In this document: positions 17,901 to 26,479 of the stretch, one piece after another
Layout of the letters: each line of letters begins with the position of its first letter
Numbering within the stretch: the stretch's first letter is position 1
NCBI GenBank assembly: GCA_031416315.1
Contig: JANOTL010000132.1
Coordinates: 16,231 to 80,230, forward strand
Reading direction: 5' to 3'
Length of the DNA stretch: 64,000 nt
From: Pseudomonadota bacterium
GTDB taxonomy: Bacteria; Bdellovibrionota_B; Oligoflexia; Oligoflexales; CAIYRB01
Position numbers and translations under genes: made by a program
The notes under the pieces: model-generated
Told to the model about the DNA's origin: nothing
Databases searched by the model: none
What the model saw: only the letters and a program-made list of their open reading frames with translations

Positions 17901-19354
17901 AAACGCGAGGACAGCATCGGATCGAGGGTGAAAGCGACCCACATAGACAGCAGCGTGGCGATGACGATGGTAAGGCCGAATTCGCGGAAAAACTGGCCCA
18001 CGAGGCCGTCCATCATCGCGACGGGGACGAAGACGGCGACGACGGCGAGCGTCGTGGCGAGGACGGCGGAGGCGACTTTGTCGGTGCCGCGGATCGCGGC
18101 TTCGGCGCCGCGATACCCTTGCTCCATCTCCGCGTAGATCGACTCGCGGACGACGACGGCGTCGTCGATCAGGAGACCGATCGCCAGCGCGAGCGCCAGA
18201 AGCGTCAGCATGTTGATCGAGAAACCCAAGAGACTCAGGAAAATGAAGGAGCCGACGACGGCGACCGGGAGCGCGGTCGCCGAGATGATGGCGCTCTTCA
18301 CGTCGGTCAAGAAGAGGAAGATGATGACGACGGCGAAGATGCCGCCGGCGAAGAGCGCGATCCAGACCTCGTGCTCGTTCTCCTTGATCATGTGTGACTG
18401 GTCGACGATCGGAAAAAGGCGCACTCCGGCGGGAAGCTGCGCCTTTTCGAGGACCGCCTTCACCGCGGCGACGGTGGAGACGGTGTTGGCTTCGGCGCGC
18501 TTGGTGACGACTAGACCCAAGCCCTGATTGCCGTTGATGCGGACCGTCTCGGCGTTGGGATCGGTGGTGCGATGGAGCTTGCCGACGTCGGAGAGGCGGA
18601 CGTTGCGGCCGTCGCGAAGGGCGAGCGATTCCTCGGCCCAGTCTTCCGGCTTGTCGCTGGCGACCGTGGCGCCGACGTTGGCGGCGACGCCGCCGTTCTC
18701 GACGGTGCCCCACGGCAGAGTCGCGAGCCGCGCGCGCACGGCGTCGAAGACGTCCAAGGCGGGGACTTTTAGCGCGCTCATCGCGTCGGCATCGAGCGAG
18801 AGCTCGAGCCGCTCTTCGCCGACGCCGACGACTTTCGCCTCGTTCACGCCGTCGACGCGCTGCAGAATTTGCACCAAGCCGTCGTCGAGCAGCTTGCGCG
18901 TCGCCGCGGGCGGCAACGAAGTCTCGATGCCGTAGGTGAGCACCGGCGCGGCGCCGACGTCGATCCGGCGGACGATCGGCTCCTTCGCCTCCTTCGGAAA
19001 AGCGCCGCGCACGGCGGCGACGCGCTCGCGCACGCCTTCGGCCGCTTCGCGCTCGTCGGCGGAGAGGCGAAACTCGAGGATGACGAAGGCGTAGTCGGTC
19101 CGCGCGTTGGCCGTGACACGCTTCAAGCCCTTGAGGCCGGCGAACGAGGATTCCAGGGGCTTGACGATGCGTGCCTCGACCTGCTCGGGCGTGGCGCCGG
19201 GGTAGGGGACCATCACCGAGACGAACGGGAAGGTGACGTTCGGCCAAAGCGACACCGGCAACTTCGACATGTAGAAGAAGCCGACGACGAAGAGCGCGAC
19301 GCTGATAATGCCGGCCGTGACCGGGCGCGCGACGGAGAAACGGGCTAAGTTCAT
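14966..19354 (-). CDS. RND efflux permease (AcrB/HAE1-like) fused in frame to a TolC-family outer-membrane factor (1462 aa)
   Basis: Start MNLARFSVARP (ATGA overlap); YPGATPEQVE, LLIDDAVVVRE, LAAKNGILLVD, RSRPILMT; then OEP motifs VPLFNA, FYPTLGL, WNLLDGG. Confidence 0.93.
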   Translation of the reverse strand: MNLARFSVARPVTAGIISVALFVVGFFYMSKLPVSLWPNVTFPFVSVMVPYPGATPEQVEARIVKPLESSFAGLKGLKRVTANARTDYAFVILEFRLSADEREAAEGVRERVAAVRGAFPKEAKEPIVRRIDVGAAPVLTYGIETSLPPAATRKLLDDGLVQILQRVDGVNEAKVVGVGEERLELSLDADAMSALKVPALDVFDAVRARLATLPWGTVENGGVAANVGATVASDKPEDWAEESLALRDGRNVRLSDVGKLHRTTDPNAETVRINGNQGLGLVVTKRAEANTVSTVAAVKAVLEKAQLPAGVRLFPIVDQSHMIKENEHEVWIALFAGGIFAVVIIFLFLTDVKSAIISATALPVAVVGSFIFLSLLGFSINMLTLLALALAIGLLIDDAVVVRESIYAEMEQGYRGAEAAIRGTDKVASAVLATTLAVVAVFVPVAMMDGLVGQFFREFGLTIVIATLLSMWVAFTLDPMLSSRFAGEPSMLKGKLWDRWRATMHRSDAFFGRLAGVAYARPFVIALLTIGVLISGLALTAARGTDFLAFEDRGQFVLSLKSRPGMTRATFQAVVKGAADRLADLPGLTDVFVSEGGATAAGTAEFRVLFISKTERKEGLLSLINSARKKLEGIDADWLILDPPPFEGVGMQAPVMLTIFGTDLGTLDQAASAAHASLKKIKGIADARIDTTTAGPAFDVLLNRNEIAYAGAGADAVELTGRLAITGLEAGTVGADNLPFYVRVQESDREFGRLASTLLVPGMRGATPLYRFADAQASTRSTAIDRQQRSRAVILWATLDRTAPLDQVLNDVKKDVVAKIPAPMTAEIAGDAENFEEMIVNFTIAIAAAVFFIFVILAAQFENLLRPFVIILSLPLASVGAFFALAMAGHQLALGSIIGILFLMGLAAKNGILLVDAIGKKEKDQPLAQAVMDSVKERSRPILMTSAAMVAGMVPTAVMQGSGSEFRSPMAIAIIGGVVSSTLLSLIVVPAIFGLIGKWRGRTRKPARLATAARAASLLLPLALVATLEAPRARAEAPAAGSPIDRAYALFGTLPPPAQAQIVAATPEGSAESLRSRAVDVATETARDASRLAFLGGLNVSASRQWARPGFEQEMTIPLPPQLGGPVTTAIPVLPRQQDQFSVGMKVPLFNAQALYGLSLANALDAQQEPQIESLRDGRRVGNAQTLLQFAIAREMNAIIKNALSIAERRAKSVEDRVSVGNSSRLDLVQAEAAREQARLDAARAAAEEERLAILLQIRTGRPPQLPPGLPRFAFADAKTEAKVAAITALTAAEESQRAARDAQDAAFYPTLGLGLARQQTWFEGNLNTKPQHVVAVELNWNLLDGGTRRRAVGDVERGRLELAAQRRELEDRFAETRQGLIPRLARMTEELGAALSLREAALASQTALQAAWGAGTIAMDKVRTADEQLLRANLGVLQAIGSIQGLALESLVAYGKLKSLE

Positions 19355-19896
19355 TTGCAGTCCGCCTTCGTCGCGTCGACGTAGCCGAGGGAGGTGCCGT
19401 ACTGCACGAAGAGGCCCTTCACCTGCGGAACGCCGCGCACGATGCCGGCGACTTCGGCGCGGATCTTGGTGTCGGCGATCTGGATCTTCAGGCGGTCGAG
19501 GGCGGCCTCCGCTTGCGCGCGGGCGGCGCGCGCTTGAGCGAGGCGCAGACGCGACTCCACCTTTTGCTGGTCGGAGAGCGTGTCGGAGGCCTGCAGGCGC
19601 TGGATGCGGTCGAAGCCGTCTTTGGCGAGCGCCTCGCTCGCGCGGGCGACTTCGAGCGCGGCCTCGCCTTCCTTCAGGCCAGCGACGAGCAGGCGGTCGT
19701 CGAGCGCGACGATGAGGTCGCCGACGGCGACGGCGTCGGCCGGCTTCTTGTGGATGGAGGTGACGATGCCGGCGGTTCTCGCCGTCAGATCCTGACGCGG
19801 GACGCACAGCGCGGGCGGCGCCTCGGCGGCGAGCCCCGCGGTCGTGATCGTGGTCTGGGCCAAGAGGAGGATGAACAGGGCGATGCGCTGGCTCAT
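19351..19896 (-). CDS. Miniature periplasmic adaptor (MFP/HlyD-like), lipoyl + alpha-hairpin only
   Basis: TAGIVTSIHKKPADAVAVGDLIVALD, coiled coil, TKIRAEVAGIV; 181 aa; ATGA overlaps on both sides. Confidence 0.85.
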   Translation of the reverse strand: MSQRIALFILLLAQTTITTAGLAAEAPPALCVPRQDLTARTAGIVTSIHKKPADAVAVGDLIVALDDRLLVAGLKEGEAALEVARASEALAKDGFDRIQRLQASDTLSDQQKVESRLRLAQARAARAQAEAALDRLKIQIADTKIRAEVAGIVRGVPQVKGLFVQYGTSLGYVDATKADCK

Positions 19897-20534
19897 TTGC
19901 TGCTGCCTTTCGTGGGCGACCCGTCGGGGCGTAGCCCACGGGAGAAAATCTTGGCGAGGGTGTCGATCATCGAGGCGTCGTCGGCTTTCTTCGCGTTGAA
20001 GAGACCGCAGGCGACGAAGGAGTCACGCGCGAGCAACCAGTAGTCTGCGCAAGAGATTGCCGCGGCCGCGATGAGCGCGGGGTCTAAGTCTTTGCGGACG
20101 GTGCCCGCCTTTTGCGCGGCCGAGATCCGGGCGACCTCGTACTGCAGGAGCGCGTCGCCCACGGGGTTCTTCATCGCGGCGTTGTCGATGATGGCCCAGG
20201 CGAGGAGGCGCACGAATTTGGGGTTTTCCCGGGCGAAGCGGAAGTAGTTGGCGACGTCGGCGGCAAGGCTCGCCTCATCGAGGGCGAAAGAGGCGGCGGC
20301 GTTGGCCGCGCCGGCCTCGGCGCGCACCGCGGTCAGCGTGGCGAACAGGCGCTCGAAGGCGGCTTGCCAAAGCGCGTCCTTGGCGCCGAAATGGTGCACG
20401 ATCAGGCCCTTACTGACGTCCGCGCGCTTCGCGATCGCGCCGATCGAGGCTCCCGCGTAGCCACGCGCGAGGAACTCGCTCTCGGCCGCGTCGAGGATCT
20501 TGCTGCGGGTGGCTTCCGGGTCGTAGCGGCTCAT
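19893..20534 (-). CDS. TetR/AcrR family transcriptional regulator
   Basis: TRSKILDAAESEFLARGYAGASIGAIAKRADVSKGLIVHHFGAKDAL. Confidence 0.93.
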   Translation of the reverse strand: MSRYDPEATRSKILDAAESEFLARGYAGASIGAIAKRADVSKGLIVHHFGAKDALWQAAFERLFATLTAVRAEAGAANAAASFALDEASLAADVANYFRFARENPKFVRLLAWAIIDNAAMKNPVGDALLQYEVARISAAQKAGTVRKDLDPALIAAAAISCADYWLLARDSFVACGLFNAKKADDASMIDTLAKIFSRGLRPDGSPTKGSSK

Positions 20535-20570
20535 GAGGGTCGTCTCGCATTCAAACGATCGTTCCACTTA

Positions 20571-20618
20571 TCGTACTATCGTACGACAAACTTTACGACC
20601 GTACTATATTTTCTTCAA
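20571..20618 (-). promoter_or_regulatory. Promoter and probable TetR operator(s) of the efflux operon
   Basis: TTGAAG-N17-TAAAGT (20618-20590); palindrome TCGTAC-tatc-GTACGA at 20571-20586 and a related copy TACGACCGTACTA in the spacer. Confidence 0.65.
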
Positions 20619-20673
20619 TGTGGCTGATTGGGCGGGATTTTGCCAGGATCGGCAGATCAGCAGGAGGCCTCGC

Positions 20674-21552
20674 ATGTCACGTCTCGACGAAGAGCTGGTC
20701 GAGCCGAGCTCGACCCAGGTCACCTACGGGCGCTACCTGAAAATCGATCAGCTGGTCGCGCTCCAGCAGCCTCTCACCGTGCCCTTGGCGCACGACGAGA
20801 CGCTCTTCATCATCATCCATCAGGTGTACGAGCTCTGGTTCAAGCAGATCCTGCACGAGCTGGCGCTGGCCGAGACGGCGATGCAAGGCGGGCAGCTCGG
20901 CGCGTTCAACCGCATCGTGAAGCGAATCACGACGATCCAGTCGGTGCTCACGCATCAGGTCGACGTCCTCGAGACGATGACGCCGGTCGACTTCAACCGG
21001 TTCCGCGAGAAGCTCAACCCGGCGAGCGGCTTCCAGAGTCAGCAGTTCCGCGAGCTCGAGTACCGGCTCGGCGGCAAGGAGCAGAGCTACCTCAAGTTCT
21101 ATCGGACGGAGACCGAGGCGCGCGCGCGGCTCGAGCGGGCGATCGAGGCCCCCACCGTCTACGACCACTTCCTGCGGCTTCTGGCGAAACGGGGCTTCCC
21201 GGTGCCGAAGGACGTGCTCGAGCGCGACGTGCGCCAGCCCTACGCCGCCTCGGACGGCGTGACCCAGGCGATTCTCCAGGTTTATCAGGCCGTAGAGAAG
21301 CACTATGATCTATACTCGACCCTCGAATCCCTGATCGATCTGGACGAAGGCATCCTGCTCTGGCGCATGCGACACGTCGCCATGGTCGAGCGGATGATCG
21401 GCACCCGCAAAGGCACCGGCGGCTCCAGCGGCGTGAAGTACCTGACGGCGACCTTGTCGCGCCGGTTCTTCCCCGAGATCTGGGACGTGCGGAATCACCT
21501 CGGAGTCAGCAACTATGGCGAATCCCCCTCCCCTCAGCCGGGCCCAAAGTAA
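20674..21552 (+). CDS. kynA: Tryptophan 2,3-dioxygenase
   Basis: AGGAGG SD; YGRYL, HDETLFIIIHQVYELWFKQ, GFQSQQFR, GTGGSSG. Confidence 0.95.
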   Translation: MSRLDEELVEPSSTQVTYGRYLKIDQLVALQQPLTVPLAHDETLFIIIHQVYELWFKQILHELALAETAMQGGQLGAFNRIVKRITTIQSVLTHQVDVLETMTPVDFNRFREKLNPASGFQSQQFRELEYRLGGKEQSYLKFYRTETEARARLERAIEAPTVYDHFLRLLAKRGFPVPKDVLERDVRQPYAASDGVTQAILQVYQAVEKHYDLYSTLESLIDLDEGILLWRMRHVAMVERMIGTRKGTGGSSGVKYLTATLSRRFFPEIWDVRNHLGVSNYGESPSPQPGPK

Positions 21553-22741
21553 GATCAACAAGGTCACGGCCGAGCTCGAGCAGTACCCGATGGAGGAGCT
21601 CACGCGGATCCGCAAGGAGCTGGTGAAGAAGGGTAAGCCCGTCTACGACTTCGGCACCGGCGACCCGCGCATCCCGACGTGGGAGCCGATTCGCCAGGCG
21701 CTCCTCGCGGGGATCCCGGAGATCAGCCAGTATCCGAGCGTCAAAGGCACCGACGAGCTCCGGACCGCGCAGCAGGGCTATCTCGAGCGCCGCTTCGGCT
21801 TGGACGCCTCGAAGTACGAGATCATCCCGACGGCCGGCAGCAAGGAGGCGATCTTCCACGTCGCGCTCTGTCTCGTGGGCCGCGCCAACGGGAAAAAGCA
21901 CATCATCTATCCGGATCCGGGCTATCCGGTGTACCGGAGCTCGACCAAGTTCGCGGGCGGGATTCCGTTCCCCGTGACCTTGTCTTCGAATAACGGCTTC
22001 TTGCTGGAGCCGTGGGAGCTGCCGCCTTACATCCAGCGCGACGCGGCGGCGATTTGGCTCAATTATCCGCACAATCCGACGGGCGCCACGGCGAATCGCG
22101 AGTATTGGGAGCGTTGCGTCGAGTGGGCGCACAAGACCGACACGATTCTCCTGTCCGACGATTGCTACATCGACATCTACGACTCCGCCTTGGATTCCAA
22201 GCCGGTCGAGGATCCGAACGACGACGAGCGGCCGATCTGCCCGCTGCAGATCAGCAGCGACCGCGTGCTGACGTTCATGAGCCTTTCGAAGCGCTCCGGG
22301 ATGACGGGCTATCGCTCGGGCCTGATCGCGGGCGATCCGGAGATCGTCCAGGCCCTGTTGAAGGCGCGCGCGAACTTCGGCGTCGGCTCGCCCGGCTTCG
22401 TCGACGCCGCGGCGGTGGTCGCCTGGAACGACGACGAGCACGTGCGCGAGCGCCGGAAGATCTTCACGCAGCGGATCGCGACGGTGGCGCCGGTGTTCCA
22501 GAAGCTCGGGCTCTTGGACGAGATCCCGAAGGCGACGTTCTACCTGTGGACGAAAGTGCCGGGAGCGTTCGGCAACGGCGACGTGCGCTACGCCCTGACG
22601 CTGGCGGAGCACGGGATCATCGCGAGCCCGTCGTCGTGGCTTTCGGAGGGAGTGAAGGGCTTTTGCCGCTTCGCGCTGGTGCCGGGCGACGTAGAGACGG
22701 CCGAGGCGATGACGATCATCAGCGATTTCGTGAACGACTGA
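21515..22741 (+). CDS. PLP-dependent class I/II aminotransferase (DapC-like)
   Basis: GSKEAIF, NYPHNPTG, SDDCY, SLSKRSGMTGYRSG. Confidence 0.9.
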   Translation: MANPPPLSRAQSKINKVTAELEQYPMEELTRIRKELVKKGKPVYDFGTGDPRIPTWEPIRQALLAGIPEISQYPSVKGTDELRTAQQGYLERRFGLDASKYEIIPTAGSKEAIFHVALCLVGRANGKKHIIYPDPGYPVYRSSTKFAGGIPFPVTLSSNNGFLLEPWELPPYIQRDAAAIWLNYPHNPTGATANREYWERCVEWAHKTDTILLSDDCYIDIYDSALDSKPVEDPNDDERPICPLQISSDRVLTFMSLSKRSGMTGYRSGLIAGDPEIVQALLKARANFGVGSPGFVDAAAVVAWNDDEHVRERRKIFTQRIATVAPVFQKLGLLDEIPKATFYLWTKVPGAFGNGDVRYALTLAEHGIIASPSSWLSEGVKGFCRFALVPGDVETAEAMTIISDFVND

Positions 22742-22744
22742 GCC

Positions 22745-23065
22745 ATGCCGAAGGTGACTTTCCTCCCGGTCGGGAAGAGCTTCGACTGCGAGCCAAATAC
22801 GAAGCTTTTGGTCGCGGCGAACCGCAACAAGGTGCCGATCCGATTCGGCTGCGCGTCCTGCCGCTGCGGCACCTGCGGCGTGAAGGTCGCGGGGGCGGGC
22901 GAGCTGTCTCCGATGAAGCCGGACGAGAAGGCCTTGCTCACGCGGATGAATCTGGCGCTCGACGGGACGATCCGGCTCGCGTGCCAGACGCGGATCGTGG
23001 ACGGCGAGGTTGCCGTCGATCTGGCGTTTCAGGACACATATTCGCCGGATGACGGAGACGAGTGA
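22745..23065 (+). CDS. 2Fe-2S ferredoxin
   Basis: GCASCRCGTC...RLACQ. Confidence 0.9.
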   Translation: MPKVTFLPVGKSFDCEPNTKLLVAANRNKVPIRFGCASCRCGTCGVKVAGAGELSPMKPDEKALLTRMNLALDGTIRLACQTRIVDGEVAVDLAFQDTYSPDDGDE

Positions 23066-23244
23066 TCGTCACCGACATCGTCAACTCCGGAACGTACGCG
23101 GTCCGCAACGGCACCGTGCGCGTGCACTTGACCCACCCCGGCGACATGCCGACCGACTTCGAGCTCTACCTAGACGTCGACGGCTCCAGCCTGATCAGCT
23201 TCTTCGGCGGCGCCCGCAGAGAATGGCTGCTCAAGGCTCCGTAA
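23062..23244 (+). CDS. Small hypothetical protein (60 aa)
   Basis: GTGA overlap with ferredoxin stop; coding-like codons. Confidence 0.5.
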   Translation: MIVTDIVNSGTYAVRNGTVRVHLTHPGDMPTDFELYLDVDGSSLISFFGGARREWLLKAP

Positions 23245-24049
23245 ATAAAAACTCTGCAAGCTCCAGGAACTCGCGCGGCGCAAGCGCATCCGCCCGCCGC
23301 TCGAGGTCGATCGGACACCCGGCTTCGCCTCCGCGCGCATCGATCAAAGACCGCACGCTGTTGCGAAGTTTCTTGCGCCTTTGGGTGAACGCCATGCGCG
23401 TCACCTGCTCCGCTTGCTGCAGGATCTTCTCCGGCAGCTTCTCGCGCTTCGGCACCAGCGAGAGCACGGCGCTGTCGACTTTGGGCACCGGGTTGAACGC
23501 GGTGCGAGGCACCGTGAACTCGAGATGGCAGTCGGCCCTTAGCTGCAGGAAGACCGAGAGGCTGCCGAAGTCCTTCGAGTTCGGCGAGGCGCAGGCGCGC
23601 ACGGCGAACTCGAGTTGGGTCATAAAGATCATCATCGCCAGCTTCCCGATCGACGGGATGCCGCGCAGCAGAATGGGCGTCGAGATGTTGTAAGGAATAT
23701 TGCCGACGATGGCGCAACGTCCCTTGCCTTGGTCGATCCAAGCGTCCCAGTCGAAGCGCAGGATGTCGTCGGAGACGATCACGAGGTTTTGCCGACGCTC
23801 CGGCGTCAGCACTTCGGCGTTCTCCGCTAGGCGTTGCGCGAAGCGCTCGTCTTTTTCAACCGCGGTGACGTGCAGGCCTGCGAGGATGAGGCCCTTGGTC
23901 AGGATGCCCGGCCCCGGGCCGATCTCGAGCACGCGCTCGACGCGAGCCTCCTGCAAGCGCTCGATCATGCGCGCACACGGCCAGTCGCTCGTCAGGAACA
24001 CCTGACCAAGCGACTTCTTTTGATACAGCGGATCCTGGTTCCGTCTCAT
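23231..24049 (-). CDS. rsmA: 16S rRNA dimethyladenosine transferase
   Basis: KKSLGQVFL, LEIGPGPG, GNIPYNIS, PKVDS, QRRKKLRN. Confidence 0.96.
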   Translation of the reverse strand: MRRNQDPLYQKKSLGQVFLTSDWPCARMIERLQEARVERVLEIGPGPGILTKGLILAGLHVTAVEKDERFAQRLAENAEVLTPERRQNLVIVSDDILRFDWDAWIDQGKGRCAIVGNIPYNISTPILLRGIPSIGKLAMMIFMTQLEFAVRACASPNSKDFGSLSVFLQLRADCHLEFTVPRTAFNPVPKVDSAVLSLVPKREKLPEKILQQAEQVTRMAFTQRRKKLRNSVRSLIDARGGEAGCPIDLERRADALAPREFLELAEFLFTEP

Positions 24050-25074
24050 CGCGTCACCGCCGCGTAGTCGTATCGGGAGTATGCGTCCCAGCGGTGGGAG
24101 AGATAGGTCTCGCCTCGCGCCGTACCTTCGGCATGCACATGATAGCCGAACGCGGCGATCATAGCCGCGTTGTCGGAACAGAGCGAGAGTGGCGGAAAAT
24201 ACGCTGGAACGGCGATTCGCTCCGCAAGCAGGGCCTTGAACCGGGAATTTGCGGCGACGCCGCCGGCGACCACGATCGACTTCGCCTGAGGCGCGCGCAG
24301 GAGGGCTTCAGAAAGCTTGCGCACGATTTGGCCCAGCGCTTCGTCTTGAAAGGCGGCGCAAAGATTGGCGACGCGCTCCTCGGGGATCGGCTTCGGCTCC
24401 GAGCGAATGGTGTTCGCCATGAAGGTCTTGAGGCCGGAATAGCTGAATTCGATACGGGACTTCTGGCTCACCATGCGTGGCATCGGGATGGCCGACGGGT
24501 TGCCGGAGCGTGCGAGGCGCTCGACGTGAGGACCGCCGGGGTAGGGAAGGCCGAGAAGCTTAGCGACCTTGTCGAAGCACTCGCCGCAGGCGTCGTCGAT
24601 GGAGCTGCCCATCAACTCGAACGAGGTCGGCCCGCTCATCAGGTAAAGATTCGTGTGGCCGCCGGAGACGACGAGCGCAAGCGTCGGATAAAGGGAGTTC
24701 TCGGGGACGCCGAGCAAGCCTCCGTGAATGTGAGCATGGACGTGGTCGACGGGAATGAGAGGCTTACCCAACGCAAGTGCCAGGCCCTTCGCGTAGGCTA
24801 CACCGACGAGCAGCGCCCCAATTAGGCCAGGGCCTTGAGTCACGGCTATCGCATCGATCTCTTGCGGAGTGACTTTCGCTTCGGCGAGGGACAGGCGGCA
24901 TAGAGGGTCGAGGCAGTCGAGGTGGGCGCGCGAGGCGATCTCGGGGACGACGCCCCCGAACGGCGCATGGATCGCGATCTGCGAGGCGATCCGGGACGAC
25001 AAGACTTCGCGACCGTCGCGAACGACCGCGACGGCCGTCTCGTCGCAGCTCGATTCGATACCTAGAACTAACAT
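24046..25074 (-). CDS. tsaD: tRNA N6-adenosine threonylcarbamoyltransferase
   Basis: GIESSCDET, GGVVPEIASR, HVHAH, VSGGHT, GGVAAN, DNAAMIA. Confidence 0.97.
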   Translation of the reverse strand: MLVLGIESSCDETAVAVVRDGREVLSSRIASQIAIHAPFGGVVPEIASRAHLDCLDPLCRLSLAEAKVTPQEIDAIAVTQGPGLIGALLVGVAYAKGLALALGKPLIPVDHVHAHIHGGLLGVPENSLYPTLALVVSGGHTNLYLMSGPTSFELMGSSIDDACGECFDKVAKLLGLPYPGGPHVERLARSGNPSAIPMPRMVSQKSRIEFSYSGLKTFMANTIRSEPKPIPEERVANLCAAFQDEALGQIVRKLSEALLRAPQAKSIVVAGGVAANSRFKALLAERIAVPAYFPPLSLCSDNAAMIAAFGYHVHAEGTARGETYLSHRWDAYSRYDYAAVTR

Positions 25075-25083
25075 GGAGCGGGA

Positions 25084-25950
25084 TCAGCCTTTGTCTTTGG
25101 CGCCACTCTTGAGCTCCGCCAGCTTTTCCTTCGCCTTGCCCGCTTCGTCGCTCTTCGGGAAATCTTTGATGAGCTCCTCGTAGTAGAGACTGGCGGTCGC
25201 GAGGTCGCCGAGATTCTTGAAGCAGTCGCCGATGCGCATCTTCGACACTGGGAGATACTTCGCCGCGGGCTTGCCTTCAAGCAACTCGTTGTAGCGAAGT
25301 GCGGCGTCGCGCATCTTACCCAGCTTGAAGAGGCTCTCCGCCAGGAGAAAGCGAGCTTGCTCTTTCTCGGCGCCCTTCGCGTCCTTGATGAGCTTCATCG
25401 CGTCTTCGCTGACTTGCTTGTACTTCTTGTCGTCATATGCGGTCTGGAGCTCGTCAACGCCACCGGACGGCTTTTTCTTCGCCGTGTCGGCCGCAGGCTT
25501 GGCGGCGTTACCCCCCTTTTTTCCGAGACCCGCCTTCTTCAGCGCGTCGAGAAGGTCCTCTTGGTTCGCCTCGACGGCCTCGAGGCGCGTGTTGACCGCG
25601 TTCAAGGTGGCGGCCACCGAGCCTTCTTTCTCCGGATCCGTGCCGGGGAGCTGGCCGGTGACGACCCCGACCCGCAGGGCGTCGATGTCGCCGCGGAGCT
25701 TCTGGATGTCCGAGCTCAGCCTTTCCATGTCGGCCTTGGTCGCGGCGATCCGCTTATTGGCGGACTCTCCCGTATTCTTCGTCTCGTTCTTCGTCTCGGT
25801 GACGTTTTGCTCGATGCTCAGCAGCCGTGTTTGCATATTGAAGATGTCACCCTGCATGGCCTTCTTTTCGCTGGGCATGATGCAGCCCGAAAAGAAGGAC
25901 GCGAGCGCCATGGCGAGTCCCAAGGTCGCGACACGAGTCATCGATGCCAT
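25084..25950 (-). CDS. YbgF/CpoB-like coiled-coil + TPR lipoprotein
   Basis: FFSGC lipobox, coiled coil, C-terminal TPRs ending LIKDFPKSDEAGKAKEKL. Confidence 0.78.
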   Translation of the reverse strand: MASMTRVATLGLAMALASFFSGCIMPSEKKAMQGDIFNMQTRLLSIEQNVTETKNETKNTGESANKRIAATKADMERLSSDIQKLRGDIDALRVGVVTGQLPGTDPEKEGSVAATLNAVNTRLEAVEANQEDLLDALKKAGLGKKGGNAAKPAADTAKKKPSGGVDELQTAYDDKKYKQVSEDAMKLIKDAKGAEKEQARFLLAESLFKLGKMRDAALRYNELLEGKPAAKYLPVSKMRIGDCFKNLGDLATASLYYEELIKDFPKSDEAGKAKEKLAELKSGAKDKG

Positions 25951-26012
25951 CTCCTACGTGGCCTGAAAGGGCCGAGAGTAAGAGTGGATTAAAACACAGG
26001 AATCGGCAGAAG

Positions 26013-26369
26013 TCAGCGCTTCGCTGCGGGGGCTGACGAAGCCTTCGCGGCTGCCTCGCCTCGACGGCGCTGCTCAATCAGCCTTTGGCGGCGGCGCATG
26101 CCGACCACCTGGCGTACGACCGCGTTCGCCTCGTCTCGCCAGCAAATGTAGAACGGCTTAGGGAAGCGCTCGCTGACGTAGGCAAGCATGAGGCGCTCTT
26201 TGTACGCGAGCCAGTCGTTCGTCCGGACGATCATGCCGCCGAGGTCCTGGAGTACCTGGATCGAGGCTTTATCTCCAGGTTTACCTGAGGTATGGTCGGC
26301 CGCTCGGCCAACGCCCTCGCCCTCTGGAACCTTTCCAGCCGGCGGGTTATCTTGAATCGGATCGGCCAA
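26013..26369 (-). CDS. Hypothetical protein (118 aa)
   Basis: TTG start after AGGA; co-oriented with the downstream operon. Confidence 0.55.
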   Translation of the reverse strand: MADPIQDNPPAGKVPEGEGVGRAADHTSGKPGDKASIQVLQDLGGMIVRTNDWLAYKERLMLAYVSERFPKPFYICWRDEANAVVRQVVGMRRRQRLIEQRRRGEAAAKASSAPAAKR

Positions 26370-26479
26370 GTGCTCGTTTCCTAATGAGGTTTGACCTCCT
26401 CGCTATCGGAGGACCTCGGAAGCGGCTGTAGCCTTGAAGCCGGCGTTTTCTAAAAACTTGAATGGTTTGGAACAATTAG

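Noticed and set aside
19355..19939. N-terminal 195 aa of the 1657-aa track ORF, suggesting an even larger fusion
   Set aside because: It is the off-frame reading of the adaptor gene; RND homology starts at ATG 19354
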